Source: Mytilus trossulus
Lineage: Eukaryota
Direction: 5' to 3'
Assembly (NCBI RefSeq): GCF_036588685.1
Contig: NC_086378.1
Span: 44,082,001 to 44,146,000 of the forward strand
Length of the DNA: 64,000 bases
Shown here: positions 61,472 through 64,000 of the stretch, in pieces
How positions within the stretch are numbered: position 1 is the stretch's first letter
How the letters are laid out: each line of letters opens with the position of its first letter
Program-made: the position numbers and the translations under genes
Notes under the pieces: generated by a model
Database searches by the model: none
What the model was told of the DNA's origin: nothing
What the model saw: the letters and a program-made list of their open reading frames with translations, nothing else

Positions 61472-62710
61472 TTTTTAAGTTGACCTGGCCCGAAGGGCAA
61501 AGTGAGTTTTTTTCATCACTTGGCGTCCGTCGTCCTCCGTCGTCCGTCGTCGTCGTCATGCGTCCGTCGATCGTCGTCGTAAACTTTTACAAAAATCTTC
61601 TCCTCTGAAACTACTGGGCCAAATTTCACCAAACTTGTCCACACTCATCATTGGGGTATCTTTAAAAAAAAATGTGTCCGGTGACCCGACCAACCAGCCA
61701 AGATGGCCGTCATGGCTAAAAATAGAACATAGGGGTAAAATGTAGATTTTGGCTTATAACTCTGAAACCAAAGCATTTAAAGCAAATCTGACGGGGTAAA
61801 ATTGTTTAGCAAGTGAAGATCTATCTGCTCTGAAATTTTCAGTTTAATCGGACAACAAGTTGTTGGGTCGCTGTCTCTTAATTGGTAATTTTAAAGAAAT
61901 TTTGTCGTTTTCGGTTATCATCTTGAATGCTATTATAGATAAAGATAAACTGTAAACAGCATAATGTTTAGCAAAGTAAGATCTAAGTATTAAGCAACAT
62001 GACAAAAATGGTCAGTTGACCCCATAAGGAGTTATTGCCCTTTATAGTCATTTTTTACCAATTTTTCATAAATTTTTGTAATCTTTTACAAAAGTCTTAT
62101 CCTCTGAAACAACAGGGCCAAATTTAACGAATCTTGGCCACAATCATCAAGATGGCCGTCATGGCTAAAAATAGAACATAGGGGTAAAATGTAGATTTTG
62201 GCTTATAACTCTGAAACCAAAGCATAAAGCTCAAAACTGTCAAGGGGTAAAATTGTTAATCAGGTCAAGGTCTATCTACCCTGAAATTTTCAGATGAAGT
62301 AGACAACCGGTTGTTGGGTTGTTGCCCCAAATTGGTAATTTTTAAAGAAATTTTGCCGTTTTTGGTTATTATGTTGAATACTATTATAGATAAACTGTAA
62401 ACAGCAATAATGTTCAGCAAAGTAAGTTCTACAAATAAGTCAACATGACCAAAATGGTCAATTGACCCCTTAAGGAGTCATTGCCCTTTATAGTCAATTT
62501 TTAACAATTTTCATTAATTTGGTAAATGTTTGTAAATATTTACCAAATAATTTCCTCTGTTACTAATGGGCAAAGTTCTTTAAGAACGTTAAGTAAAGTA
62601 AGAACTTCAAACACATCACCATCACCAAAACACAATTTTGTCATGAATTATTCTGTGTCCTTTGCACATAGACCAAGGTGAGCGACACATGCTCTTTAGG
62701 GCCTCAAGTG
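61472..62710 (+). mobile_element. HINE/pearl-like element with internal ~450-bp tandem units
   Basis: ttttta..gacctggcccgaagggcaa start, (cgt)n microsatellite, repeated aagatggccgtcatggctaaaaatagaacatagggg, 3' aggtgagcga plus gctc..gggc hairpin. Confidence 0.7.
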
Positions 62711-63254
62711 TATTTATATTCTACAGATAATCTTTATCTCTATATCATGTATATATGGCATAGCTTTCTATATATCAACGAATGACACCGTTAATAGTTA
62801 TTTTAAAATTTCAAAATTTACGTGTGTAAGATATATAATTGTGATTAAGCAATGCTTATTACGTATTCACATTAAGTAGAAATTAAATGACAAGAATTCT
62901 TTGAGAATAATTTCTGAATGTCTTTCAAAAGTACATCAAGCTACATTTTAACATAAATAGTAAGATATTTTTTTTTATCAAATACCGAACTCTGGGGAAT
63001 CGAAGACGGAAAGTCCCAACGCAAATAGTAAAATAAAAGCTCAAAAACATCAAACGAATAGATAAGATTAACATATTCCTAAATTGGTACAGAAATTTTC
63101 CTATATTTTCCTAAACGGAAGGTTATGCAGGCAGAAGAAGTAAATTTAGCGGCCAATTTGTTTTCGGTCATCTGTGTATAATTTTGATATTACAAATGCC
63201 GTAATTTTCAAGTTGATGTTTTTCTGAAATTGTTAAGCATTTTACAGCTGTATA

Positions 63255-63470
63255 CTGTAAACCAACTTATTTTCGCGGATACTTTATTTCGCGTTTTAAC
63301 CTGTCAAGCCGCTTCGCGGCTATTTAATTTTGCGATTTTCTGATTTACTTGATGAAGTTTAATAAGGAAACACCAAAGATTTACATATTCGCGACAATTT
63401 ATATTCGCGTTATTTTTCTATTCGCGAAAGTCGCGAAATAAATCGCTCGAGAAAATAAGTTGGTTTACAG
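63255..63470. mobile_element. Tc1/mariner-type MITE (216 bp)
   Basis: TIR ctgtaaaccaacttattttc / gaaaataagttggtttacag, TA on both sides, TTCGCG internal repeats. Confidence 0.85.
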
Positions 63471-64000
63471 TAATGAGTTTACTTAAACTATTCATCCCTT
63501 ATTTTTATTAACGTTTATTCACATTGTATCATATCAATTGTATTCGTTCAGTGAATAGATATAGGAAGATGTGGTGTGAGTGCCAATGAGACAACTCTCC
63601 ATCCAAATAACAATTTAAAAAAGTAAACCATTATAGAATGTTCATTTGTGGAACTACGTCTTTTGATTGAGGTAAGCAATCCCAACTTATGTTTGTAGTG
63701 TGTTTTTCCATGGTTTGATGTTACTCTTTTGTTTCAGATAATAGTGAAGGTTTGGTTCGAGTAAACTGTTTAAACCGACTGCAATTGTTTTCATCTGTCC
63801 TAAGACAGGAAACTGATGTTTAGTGGTTGATAAGGTTGATAAGTCTTCTTGTATTTTTATATTGACTAGACCGTTGGTTTTCGCGTTTGAAAGGTTTTAT
63901 ACTAACTTGTAATTGTTGGGGTCTCTAATGGCTTGCTGTTCGATGTGAGCCAAGGCTCCGTGTTCCTTGAACAATGATGGCTTACTTTTATAAATAGGAC

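Noticed and set aside
63730-63770. Possible further exon of gene 2 after ttcag at ~63738
   Set aside because: It lies in a dispersed repeat and encodes no TM-like or convincing terminal sequence.

Overview
AT-rich eukaryotic genomic DNA with spliced genes and dense repeats. The repeat families look molluscan, probably a mussel such as Mytilus; this is inference, not a database result. Most entries in the ORF track are spurious or are exons read through into introns. Two + strand genes can be assembled by hand from GT-AG exons with consistent phases. (1) The 3' part of a type-I membrane protein (684-15774): Ig-like exon, TM exon, and a cytoplasmic tail ending in ITIM LNYSDV plus ITSM TIYSEI, with the two tyrosines 25 aa apart. 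A near-identical 5.5-kb tandem duplication (4039-15050) copies three of its cytoplasmic exons in frame. (2) A 20-exon, ~1300-codon gene (28428 to at least 61455, no stop found): signal peptide, small CC-C-C motif, six-bladed YWTD propeller, D8C/UMOD-like domain, VWD domain, EGF repeat and furin sites, i.e. VWDE-like with an extra propeller. Introns and intergenic DNA hold an RTE-X-like LINE, Tx1/L1-like tails, Penelope-like (probably Naiad) RT fragments, a Ginger2/KRBA2-like integrase pseudogene, a non-autonomous Helitron with both ends, HINE-like elements, Harbinger, Tc1/mariner and Kolobok-type MITEs, foldback structures and several hammerhead-ribozyme repeats. One hammerhead is intact and lies in sense orientation inside an intron of gene 2.
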